Sequence record: NC_048668.1
Length of the DNA: 64,000 nucleotides
Direction: 5' to 3' (one strand)
The translations under genes and the position numbers were made by a program. A model generated the notes under the pieces. That model was not told the DNA's origin. It was given only the letters and a program-made list of their open reading frames with translations, and did not search any database. This document shows, piece after piece, positions 8,559 to 18,822 of this stretch (the first letter of the stretch is position 1; each line of letters starts with the position of its first letter).

Positions 8559-8750
8559 ATGTCCGTAATTTCGATTACCCCTCCGGACTACAGTCCGGTT
8601 ACGATTTCGGGTCAGGTTGCTCAAGATAGTCTGCGCGATATCGAAGCACTTGAGGCTAAGTTAGGTATCACACTTCCACGCAAACTTCGTATCACGATGA
8701 TTGAGAAGTTGATTACCAGCAAACTTAACAAATGTAATATCACACAGTGA
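8559..8750 (+). CDS. small hypothetical protein
   Basis: ATG 8559 (MSVISITPPDY...) follows the upstream stop. Confidence 0.6.
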   Translation: MSVISITPPDYSPVTISGQVAQDSLRDIEALEAKLGITLPRKLRITMIEKLITSKLNKCNITQ

Positions 8751-8787
8751 GGCGAAAGCCTCACTCCTATTTTCTACAGGAGGATAA

Positions 8788-9075
8788 ATGTCTGTACCTT
8801 CAGCTAATGGAACGTCAATGGATGAGCTTCGTTGCTTTATGGATGTCCTCATGACTATCGCCATCAGTTACAAAATTCATAACGGTAATCCCGGTAAGGT
8901 AATGGCTACCGCGATGTTGGTATTGCAGCGTGTCCCTTATGATTATCCTAAGGAAGTTTGCAAGGCGGTCATTAATGAACCTAAGAACACATTGGCAATT
9001 GTTAATACGATTACCATGTCTCACTTCAAACGACCAATAATCATCCCAAGCCCGGCTGATCTTAAGCGCGGGTAA
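8788..9075 (+). CDS. hypothetical protein
   Basis: RBS AGGAGG. Confidence 0.75.
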   Translation: MSVPSANGTSMDELRCFMDVLMTIAISYKIHNGNPGKVMATAMLVLQRVPYDYPKEVCKAVINEPKNTLAIVNTITMSHFKRPIIIPSPADLKRG

Positions 9076-9124
9076 AAATACGTACAGAGGGGTTCTGATG
9101 AACCTCTCTTTATTTTTTGTTTAG

Positions 9125-11121
<1,997 letters not shown>

Positions 11122-11226
11122 AACGATTAATTAAAGGCTGCCTCTTCGGAGGCGCCTTCCTTTTTGTTGCTGGCTTTTCTTTTTTGTTCGGATTATGGTT
11201 TACGTTTATAAACATCTGAGGTCAAA

Positions 11227-11505
11227 ATGCCATACGTAAATTTACCTGAGGGGGAGTTAACCAAAGACTCCAGTTTAATCATCACCGGGGTAATTTCTAA
11301 GGAAGTTACTTATCTGCCTTTAGTCGATATTAAAACTATCGGTAAACCTTATCGTAGCGGGCCAGGTAAATGGGCTCTCTGGGTATTCGAAGTGGAGAAG
11401 AAGGACGGTACTTCCATTACTCTTACTCCTTTAAAGAACTTCGGTGGGACTCGTGAAGAGCTCCATCAAAAGTGCGAGTTAATCAGTTCACTGTTGGGGG
11501 AATGA
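11227..11505 (+). CDS. hypothetical protein
   Basis: RBS GAGGT. Confidence 0.7.
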   Translation: MPYVNLPEGELTKDSSLIITGVISKEVTYLPLVDIKTIGKPYRSGPGKWALWVFEVEKKDGTSITLTPLKNFGGTREELHQKCELISSLLGE

Positions 11506-11506
11506 A

Positions 11507-12439
11507 ATGTACGATTATCCTGTTAATGATAAAAACGTTGTAGTCTTCTATCACGATAGTTGCATGGACGGCTTCGCAGCCGCTGCGCTGATGTATACTC
11601 GCTATCCATTGGCCACGTATCAACCAATTAACTACGGCCGTCCTAATACCATGGACGTCGAAGGTAAGGTAGTCTTCTTCGTAGACTTCTGTCCTGACAC
11701 TGAGTGGACAAGCGCTAACTGGGAAAAGACCCAGCGTTGCATTCTACTCGATCATCACAAAGACTCTACTGACCGTGCTGGTCATGCGAAAGAGCACGTG
11801 CGTCCAGGTGACCACATCGGTTTCGATATGGCTCACTCAGGTGCAGGCCTGGCATGGGAATACCTCTATCCAAACGAACCAATGCCACCTATGGTTAAAT
11901 TGGTAGAACTACGTGACCTTTGGTTACTTACCCCGGACATGCGTAAGTATCATGAGTACTTCGCTACCTTCCTGGCTAAGGGTGAGCCGGATGTTATCTT
12001 CCCGCCGTTCGTTGAAATCCTTTACACTCAAGACCAAGCCGGTGTAGATGAGATTACTGCGATGGCAGATATCTTGGTCAAGGCACGCGATCAGCAAGTA
12101 GAGTGGTTCATGAAGAATGCTACTTGGTGGTATCGCGGTCAGGTTATTCGTGGCCCTAAAGGTCAAGTCGATACTACCATCGCCGTTCTGAACTGCCCGC
12201 ATATCTTCATCTCTGAGGTTGCTTCTCAGATCATGGAGAAGAACCCGCGTGTCGATCTGGTGATCGGTACAAGTATTAGCGGTAAGGGTATGGGATTCAG
12301 CTTCCGTTCTCGTGCTGGTTCCGGGCTAGCGTCCCATGTAGCTAAGAAGTTCTCTGGTGGCGGCCACCCTGATGCAGCAGGTGGTCGTTGTGCGGGTATT
12401 AAGAGTTACGAAGAACTGGTGAAAGAGGCCTGTGAATGA
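11507..12439 (+). CDS. DHH/DHHA1-family phosphoesterase
   Basis: YHDSCMDG, VDF, LDHH and GGGHPDAAG motifs. Confidence 0.85.
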   Translation: MYDYPVNDKNVVVFYHDSCMDGFAAAALMYTRYPLATYQPINYGRPNTMDVEGKVVFFVDFCPDTEWTSANWEKTQRCILLDHHKDSTDRAGHAKEHVRPGDHIGFDMAHSGAGLAWEYLYPNEPMPPMVKLVELRDLWLLTPDMRKYHEYFATFLAKGEPDVIFPPFVEILYTQDQAGVDEITAMADILVKARDQQVEWFMKNATWWYRGQVIRGPKGQVDTTIAVLNCPHIFISEVASQIMEKNPRVDLVIGTSISGKGMGFSFRSRAGSGLASHVAKKFSGGGHPDAAGGRCAGIKSYEELVKEACE

Positions 12440-12948
12440 TCGAAGCTCCTGAACTATCTATAGAGCCCTGCGGGGGCTCTAAACAAATGATTCGTTACGC
12501 CGGTACGACCATCGTAGTCGACTTCGATACACTGGCGAACATCTCAATCAATAAACCAAATTCCTTTGGCTATCGTTCTTCGATAGTCTTTATTGACAAC
12601 ACCGGGTTCCAACAAGTCGTCCAAGTCGAAGGTAACGACTTTGCTCTCTACGAAGAGTTCACTCTCCGTGTTATCGATATCTGGAAAGTTTGGCTACGTA
12701 ACACTGCTGGCTTTGTTAACGATATTGAACCACCTGTTATGAGATATTATGCTGATAGAAAATTATTGGCTATCAAGTGGGGTGGTAATACAGTTAACGT
12801 CTACAAAGATGGACTCGAAACTGTTAGGCATTTAGGTGACCAATTGGTCATCGATTACGGTAATCGAAAAGTTATCAGGCTGCTGAGTGCTCGAGTGGAT
12901 CTCCTGGATACAGTTAACAAGGAGATACAAGGCAGACTGATAGTGTAA
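12436..12948 (+). CDS. hypothetical protein
   Basis: ATGA overlap with the DHH gene. Confidence 0.7.
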   Translation: MIEAPELSIEPCGGSKQMIRYAGTTIVVDFDTLANISINKPNSFGYRSSIVFIDNTGFQQVVQVEGNDFALYEEFTLRVIDIWKVWLRNTAGFVNDIEPPVMRYYADRKLLAIKWGGNTVNVYKDGLETVRHLGDQLVIDYGNRKVIRLLSARVDLLDTVNKEIQGRLIV

Positions 12949-12969
12949 TAATCACAGCAGAGTCCTCGT

Positions 12970-13246
12970 ATGCAAAAAGACATCTTTATGGCCCTTAACC
13001 AAGATGAGACTTCTTTCATCGTTAAGGATAAAAACAGTAACACTGTAGTAATGGCAGATAAGATCCTCAGTGTCGGTAATGTCTTCCGTCGTTGTCTGGT
13101 AGGATCTTGGTTCCTCGACTTACGTTTCACCTCTGGTGAAGCCGTCCAGGTTCGTGGCCAATCGTGATCAATTAATCCGCTTGAAGATCGCTTTGATCAG
13201 TGCGGTAGAAACTAACGCCCGGCGTTTACGTCGAAAGACCAACTAA
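12970..13246 (+). CDS. hypothetical protein; probable +1 base at 13158-13159
   Basis: Removing one C extends the ORF to TAA 13244-13246, just before the next RBS. Confidence 0.55.
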
Positions 13247-13259
13247 GAAAGGAAAGTAA

Positions 13260-13877
13260 ATGGAACAACAGCTCGCTCAAAATATTCCCGGTTACAAAAT
13301 GTTTATTGTCTGGGATCTGGACGATACTGTATTTGATACCGAACATGCTTTAGTTAATTGGATTAACAAAAAGTATAACGCCAACTATGTCTGGGGTAAT
13401 CGACTGGGTCGTAAAGGTGTTGAAGGTGAACGCCTGATGGATGCACTGGAAGATGCATTCTTCATGCGCGACGGAGTATTCTGTCCGGGCTGGGAAAAGT
13501 TCCCTGAATGGTTACGCTTTATGGAGTTCGCGTATCCTGAAGTTGGTCACCTCTTCGTTACTCACCGTGGTTACCACAAACGCGGTATGGAGTACACGTT
13601 AGAAAACTTCAAGAAACACGGCCTCGTTATGGAGGGCGTCGCTTTGGATCCTGAAGTTCACCCAGATAAAGAAGTCTGGCTGAAAACCCAGACTAACTTA
13701 CCTTTCCTGTTATTCGACGATCGTCCTCATTGGACGAACGGCAATGGCGGATCGGATAATGTCATTTTGGTTAATCGTCCATGGAACTCTGAGCTACAAG
13801 GTTATCGTCGCGTTGAGTCTTTCAAGGATGTTCAGAAGCAAACGGTTGATTTCATTGTTTCTCATTTGGGTTATTAA
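13260..13877 (+). CDS. HAD-superfamily 5'(3')-deoxyribonucleotidase-like protein
   Basis: Motif I WDLDDTVFD, motif II VTHR, K in DKEVW, motif IV FDDRP. Confidence 0.8.
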   Translation: MEQQLAQNIPGYKMFIVWDLDDTVFDTEHALVNWINKKYNANYVWGNRLGRKGVEGERLMDALEDAFFMRDGVFCPGWEKFPEWLRFMEFAYPEVGHLFVTHRGYHKRGMEYTLENFKKHGLVMEGVALDPEVHPDKEVWLKTQTNLPFLLFDDRPHWTNGNGGSDNVILVNRPWNSELQGYRRVESFKDVQKQTVDFIVSHLGY

Positions 13878-13952
13878 AATAACGGAGTACGCAAAAGCGT
13901 ACTCCGTTTATTTGTTTATGCACTCTTTTATTTTTTATTGAGGTATAACCTA

Positions 13953-14624
13953 ATGATGGAATTCGATCGTAACACTGCTAAGGCTCTGCAAGAGTCTCTG
14001 AACGCCGCAGGTTTTAACTGTGGCACTCCTGACGGTATTTGGGGAAAGAACTCCCAGGCTGCGCTGGAAGCATCTTATAAGCAGTACGATATCGCGTGGT
14101 CGGGTAACAAGAACGTCAATGACGAGTTCGTTACTAAGACTAAGAAAATTGCTAAGGATCTGCAGCAGACAGATGATGGCGGCTGGTTAATGTCTTGCAT
14201 GGCATTCGAAACTGGCCGTACTTTCTCCCCTACCATCCAGAATGGCGCAGGGGCCCAGTACTTTGGCCTCGTACAGTTTGGTTCCATGGCGATGCAGGAC
14301 ATCGGTGTCACTAAAGCACAACTGCTGGCTATGACCGCAGTTCAGCAATTAGACTGCGTCTACAAATACTTCAAACCGTACACCGGTAAGCTCTACGATC
14401 TGACTTCATGCTACATGCGTATCTTGTGGCCGGTTGGTGTTACCAAACCGAACTCTTACGTCATGTGGGATAAAAATATTCCAAGTCAAGCTAAGGCCTA
14501 CGAGCAAAACCGTGGCCTGGACGTGGATAAGGACGGTAAGATTACCCGTGCAGAAGTGGGTACTACCATTTGGAAAATCTACGGCGAAGGTCTTCTGATC
14601 AAGAACCGTAAGAAGATCGCGTAA
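13953..14624 (+). CDS. modular endolysin: N-terminal peptidoglycan-binding domain plus lysozyme-like catalytic domain
   Basis: ALQESLNAAGF.CG.PDGIWG (PG_binding_1 pattern); MAFETG.TFSP, GLVQF, Y.QN.GLD.DKDG.IT. Confidence 0.85.
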   Translation: MMEFDRNTAKALQESLNAAGFNCGTPDGIWGKNSQAALEASYKQYDIAWSGNKNVNDEFVTKTKKIAKDLQQTDDGGWLMSCMAFETGRTFSPTIQNGAGAQYFGLVQFGSMAMQDIGVTKAQLLAMTAVQQLDCVYKYFKPYTGKLYDLTSCYMRILWPVGVTKPNSYVMWDKNIPSQAKAYEQNRGLDVDKDGKITRAEVGTTIWKIYGEGLLIKNRKKIA

Positions 14625-14641
14625 CCTCGTAGGGGTGGCGT

Positions 14642-14764
14642 ATGAATGCAGAGATAGTAATTACTATTTCCGCAGCTGAGGTCTTAATCACTTCCGTGGT
14701 TATCTTGGCTATCCTGGTTGGGATATCGGGAGCAATTGCGTTTGTTAAGTTTGGACCTAAGTAA
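14642..14764 (+). CDS. 40-aa single-TM protein directly after the endolysin (holin/antiholin candidate)
   Basis: MNAEIVITISAAEVLITSVVILAILVGISGAIAFVKFGPK; purine-rich RBS; below ORF-track cutoff. Confidence 0.55.
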   Translation: MNAEIVITISAAEVLITSVVILAILVGISGAIAFVKFGPK

Positions 14765-14774
14765 TAAAGCAAAC

Positions 14775-14803
14775 ATAGACCAGGGCGTTTTGCCCTGGTC
14801 TAT
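14775..14803. terminator. bidirectional terminator between convergent lysis and tail genes
   Basis: atagaccagggc-gtttt-gccctggtctat. Confidence 0.75.
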
Positions 14804-14819
14804 TATCTTATTTTGTCGA

Positions 14820-15689
14820 TTAGATACCGACGCCGCCTTTGGACATTTTCTGCATCCACTCAACGTAACCAGTATCAGCAGCAGCAACGTCAGCTTCTGC
14901 GGATTGCAGGAAGGCCGGACGGGTGTTGATGTCAATACCAGTTTGACGAGCGCGATCCAGGAACTGCTGGCCCAGTTTACGAACACCGTCACCTACTTGC
15001 TGAATACCCGTGAAGGTAATCGAGTGAGTTACGGATTCAGGGGTAGCGGTGATGTCACGGCTACCTTCGTTACGAGGGCCCTGCATTGGCATCATGTTGG
15101 TAACCAACCATGCTTCCTGGCAATAACGCTGAGATGCATCCGGCTCTACGAAGAGTACGGTGAACGCAGTGTAGTCAGGGTAGCTGGTACCAGGGGTGAT
15201 GTTGCCTTTGGCGATGATGCCTGGAACGTTACTCTCTGGGTTACCCAGGAAGTAAATGATGTAGCGCTGCCAGAAGTTCAGGACCGGACGACCGATCTTC
15301 TCTACCCACTCGAACTGAGGAACAGAACGAGCGCGGCGAACTTTAGCCAGAGACTGCATCATCTCACCAGAACCACCGAACGGGTTTTCGACGTATTCAA
15401 GGTCCAACGACTGATCCAGGCCGGAGATAGAACGCGGGTGCAGTTCGATCAGGGCCTTCAGAGCTGCTTGCCATTTCGCCGGGTCATCCGTGTCCAACAT
15501 TGCTGCAGGACATTCCAGAAGGAATGGGATAACCGGACGACGGGTGTAGTCAGCTGCACCGTGGTAGTAACGGAAATCAGGAGCGTATCCCATCATGCCT
15601 GAGTTAGGCAGGTTGGTTACGGGCCCGAAGGATCCGTTGACGTACGCTGTGTTGGAAGGGAGAATGGTATTTGGATCTTTCTTAGCCAT
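14820..15689 (-). CDS. tail tube protein (phiKZ gp30-like)
   Basis: 289 aa directly downstream of the sheath; WLVTNMMP motif; phiKZ-family synteny. Confidence 0.8.
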   Translation of the reverse strand: MAKKDPNTILPSNTAYVNGSFGPVTNLPNSGMMGYAPDFRYYHGAADYTRRPVIPFLLECPAAMLDTDDPAKWQAALKALIELHPRSISGLDQSLDLEYVENPFGGSGEMMQSLAKVRRARSVPQFEWVEKIGRPVLNFWQRYIIYFLGNPESNVPGIIAKGNITPGTSYPDYTAFTVLFVEPDASQRYCQEAWLVTNMMPMQGPRNEGSRDITATPESVTHSITFTGIQQVGDGVRKLGQQFLDRARQTGIDINTRPAFLQSAEADVAAADTGYVEWMQKMSKGGVGI

Positions 15690-17760
15690 TCGCTAACTCC
15701 TCGGCGGTATAAGCTACGGACGACATGTCCAATACGGTACGCATGTGGTTCGCACCGAAATCAACACGCAACGACCAGCTGTAACCACGTTCACGGTCAC
15801 CGTCGGTGATCTGAGCATGAGGGATATAACGCAGACGGTTATCGAAGGCGTTTGCGCCGCGATCAGTTACGATCTTCTCGGTACGTTCCAACAGCTGATC
15901 ATCAGACAGTTTACCGTTACCCGACAGATCACGCCATGCATCGAAGCCGAAGCGGTTGATGTTGGCAACCAGCAGACCAGTCATGGAAGACTTCAGCACA
16001 GAACCAGGTTCTGGGTAGAAGCTCTGCTGGCCGGCATAGAACTGGGAGCGGGTGTCGTAGTCTTCCACGTATACCAGACCACTTGCCCACTGACGGCGTT
16101 TTACACGCCAGGACTTGTCGAGGTTGGTCACGTTTTTGACTACTTGAACGATACGGTTAGCACCGTCGTCGATCGCGTTTTCAGATTTCAGTACACCGTT
16201 AGCTGCGCCGGCATAAGAGCACATTGCAGCGAAACGGTCCAGGTTCAGCGGAACACGGAACTTGCGAGTAGTACCGGTGTAGTCGCCACACTGACCTACG
16301 ATCTGACCACGGAATGCCGGGGTAGCGAAATCGGTAGAATCAGGGAACTGTTGGACACGGGTCAACAGAGACAGAGCGATGGACTCTTCTTCTTCGTTGG
16401 TGTTGTCCGGGAGGCTGATATCCTGTGTACACAAGCTGATCCAGGTATCAGCACGGAAGCCGATAATTGCCGGGATGAGTTGCTTGGTAGCCAGATCGTA
16501 ACCGGAGTCCCAGAAGGCGTTGAATGGATAACGCGCCATGTTGCTCAGGTTGATACCGGTGTTGCTGGTCAGGTTACCCAGGATTTTAGCCACTGCCTTG
16601 TTAAAGGAAGCGTTACCCAGAGTACCGTCACCACCACCTACCATGTAGAAGGATGCGTTCTCAGAGAGAACAGTACCGCCTTCAGAAACCGGCTGGATTT
16701 GCACAGTGTGGTAAGGTACGCCTTCCACAGTTTGCGCGCCGAACAGGTTGATTTCGTACAGGTCATCCGGGTTGTCAGAGACAGCCGGGTTAGCCGCAGA
16801 TTCCAGAGCCTGGATTTCTTTCAGCAGCATGTCTACGTTAGCCTGATACAGATAAGGCTTATCGATTGGAGATTCCAACCAAGTAGACGGGTCGCTATCG
16901 TTGTAGCGCTCATCGATGCGTTCAGCGAAATCGTAAACGATCCCGGTTTCACGGTCGATGGTGTCAGTCCCCAGGCTTACCAATACGGAAGATTCCTGAG
17001 ACAGAGTCTCAAGGATTGCCGGAGAAGACAGTTCGTTTTCACGAACCAGCATCTGGAAGCGATACAGGAAAGACTTCAGTCGAGCTTGCAGATCGGAATC
17101 TGCCGCTTGACGAGATTGAGTAGTCGGAGCCCAGATGCGCAGTGCGGTGTTTGGACCCAGAGACGATTTGTCACGAGCGATCCAGTCTACCAGCGGCAGC
17201 AACTGAGATTTACCCGCGGTGTCGTCACCCAGGGTACCGTCGGATTTTTCACGGCGGCCGTACATTGTTTGTTGGCTATCTTTGTCAACCGGAATCGCGC
17301 CGAAATGGAACGACATCAGGATGCCAGGGATAGTGGTACCAGTTGCTTGCTTCTGGCCATTGGAGTCCAGAATGTAGCGACCTTCTTCGTCACGTTTGTA
17401 TTCTGGAAGATCTTTCTTCATCCAGTCTACAGACAGACCGAGAGTTGCTGGGTCGGGAATATCTTCCGGCTCAACACGCATTGCCAAGAACTGGTTGCCG
17501 GCTTTACGCGCTTCGATAACGAATGGCGTAGAGTGAGTAGCATAAGGGGAGTTCAGGTCAACAGCTTCGGAACCGAAGATATCTTCGAACTTGTTCGGGT
17601 CGATCCACATCGGCGTAGTTGGCCCTTTCCGCGAGAAGAACGGAATCAGAGGACGGTGCAAAGGGAGCGTGGTTGGTGCCCCAGTGCTACGCTGATAAGA
17701 TGTGTCCCGAGTACCCCGATAATAAATATTGGGAGTAGAGCTTGTGATTTGCTCAGACAT
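15682..17760 (-). CDS. contractile tail sheath protein (phiKZ gp29-like)
   Basis: 692 aa; N-terminal PLHRPLIPFFSRKGP; WDSGY motif; divergent from structural/terminase operon. Confidence 0.85.
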   Translation of the reverse strand: MSEQITSSTPNIYYRGTRDTSYQRSTGAPTTLPLHRPLIPFFSRKGPTTPMWIDPNKFEDIFGSEAVDLNSPYATHSTPFVIEARKAGNQFLAMRVEPEDIPDPATLGLSVDWMKKDLPEYKRDEEGRYILDSNGQKQATGTTIPGILMSFHFGAIPVDKDSQQTMYGRREKSDGTLGDDTAGKSQLLPLVDWIARDKSSLGPNTALRIWAPTTQSRQAADSDLQARLKSFLYRFQMLVRENELSSPAILETLSQESSVLVSLGTDTIDRETGIVYDFAERIDERYNDSDPSTWLESPIDKPYLYQANVDMLLKEIQALESAANPAVSDNPDDLYEINLFGAQTVEGVPYHTVQIQPVSEGGTVLSENASFYMVGGGDGTLGNASFNKAVAKILGNLTSNTGINLSNMARYPFNAFWDSGYDLATKQLIPAIIGFRADTWISLCTQDISLPDNTNEEEESIALSLLTRVQQFPDSTDFATPAFRGQIVGQCGDYTGTTRKFRVPLNLDRFAAMCSYAGAANGVLKSENAIDDGANRIVQVVKNVTNLDKSWRVKRRQWASGLVYVEDYDTRSQFYAGQQSFYPEPGSVLKSSMTGLLVANINRFGFDAWRDLSGNGKLSDDQLLERTEKIVTDRGANAFDNRLRYIPHAQITDGDRERGYSWSLRVDFGANHMRTVLDMSSVAYTAEELANG

Positions 17761-17785
17761 GGTGTTGCTCCGTATACAGAGTGAT

Positions 17786-17805
17786 CTTACGTAAGTATGT
17801 ACATA
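17786..17805. promoter_or_regulatory. divergent late promoter region, palindromic TATGTACATA
   Basis: TATG (phiKZ late start motif) present on both strands between divergent virion operons. Confidence 0.55.
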
Positions 17806-17869
17806 TCACGTGTGACATTACGCGTCATAATAAGCATTTAAGCCTTAGTTAAACATTTGGAGAGTAGAA

Positions 17870-18790
17870 ATGTTCAAACGAACCTACGATACTACCGCAG
17901 GAAGTATCCACTACCAGAACACTTTACCAGGTCGTCTGCTGGTAGCAAAAGCAGAACAAACCCTGACTGCAGATCTGATCCCTGGTATCCCTGACCTTTA
18001 CTGTCTGGTAGAGAAGTCTGCTCGTACCGACATGATCCCGACTTTCTTCCACTTGATGAAAGTTTCAGCTTCCGCCAATGAAGCGCCGTTCTACGTTATC
18101 GACCTGCGTCCTTATCGTAGCCAACTTCGTGACGGCGGCAATGGTCGCCCTATCCTGTCTAACGAAGGTACCGTTGGTCACTTCACTCGCCGTGCTCTGC
18201 TGGAAATGCATTGGGACAAATTCGGTGGTCGTCCTCTGTTGTTCGCCGGGGATGTTCCGGTAGTTATCTTCGCACGTTGGATCGGTGGTCTGCTTCGTAG
18301 TCGTTTCAATCTGAACGAAGAAAGCTCTCCGCGTGTTCAGGTGTTTGCAGCTTACTACTACATGTGCCTGCACTTTAATAAGGAAGACTTCACTGCTGAT
18401 TCGAACAAAATGCTGGCCGTTCGTATCTCACGTGCTCTTCGTCTCCCTGTACAGAAAGTCATCGACTGGGTAGCGCCGCTTCCTTATTTAGCTAACCTGG
18501 ACGACTTCTGCAACATCGCCCTGGTCAAGAACAGCGGTACTGTAGCGCTGAGCGGTATTGACCGTCGTGTTCTCTGGGCCATGACCGGTACCGGTTGGTT
18601 CGGCTCTGCTGATACTAAAGAAGTATTGGCTGTCTCTCTGGAGTTCCCTCCAGCGTTTGTTTCCATGGTTTATACCGGGACTACCGATCGCCTGGCTCGT
18701 AAAGCTGCTCTCAGTCAATTGATTGAGAAAGAAGGCCGCACCCTGGGTGCGCAGGCTTACTGTCAGCGGGATCGATGGTCTAATTCGTGA
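17870..18790 (+). CDS. virion structural protein (phiKZ gp28-like position); possible +1 base at 18768-18770
   Basis: Synteny between sheath and terminase; corrected end would be 18806. Confidence 0.7.
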   Translation: MFKRTYDTTAGSIHYQNTLPGRLLVAKAEQTLTADLIPGIPDLYCLVEKSARTDMIPTFFHLMKVSASANEAPFYVIDLRPYRSQLRDGGNGRPILSNEGTVGHFTRRALLEMHWDKFGGRPLLFAGDVPVVIFARWIGGLLRSRFNLNEESSPRVQVFAAYYYMCLHFNKEDFTADSNKMLAVRISRALRLPVQKVIDWVAPLPYLANLDDFCNIALVKNSGTVALSGIDRRVLWAMTGTGWFGSADTKEVLAVSLEFPPAFVSMVYTGTTDRLARKAALSQLIEKEGRTLGAQAYCQRDRWSNS

Positions 18791-18822
18791 ATTGAAAATC
18801 GTTTGATGCTAAGGTGCGCGAC

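Noticed and set aside
15745-17784. 679-aa + strand ORF antisense to the tail sheath
   Set aside because: Shadow ORF mirroring the codon bias of a highly expressed gene; no RBS or recognisable motifs
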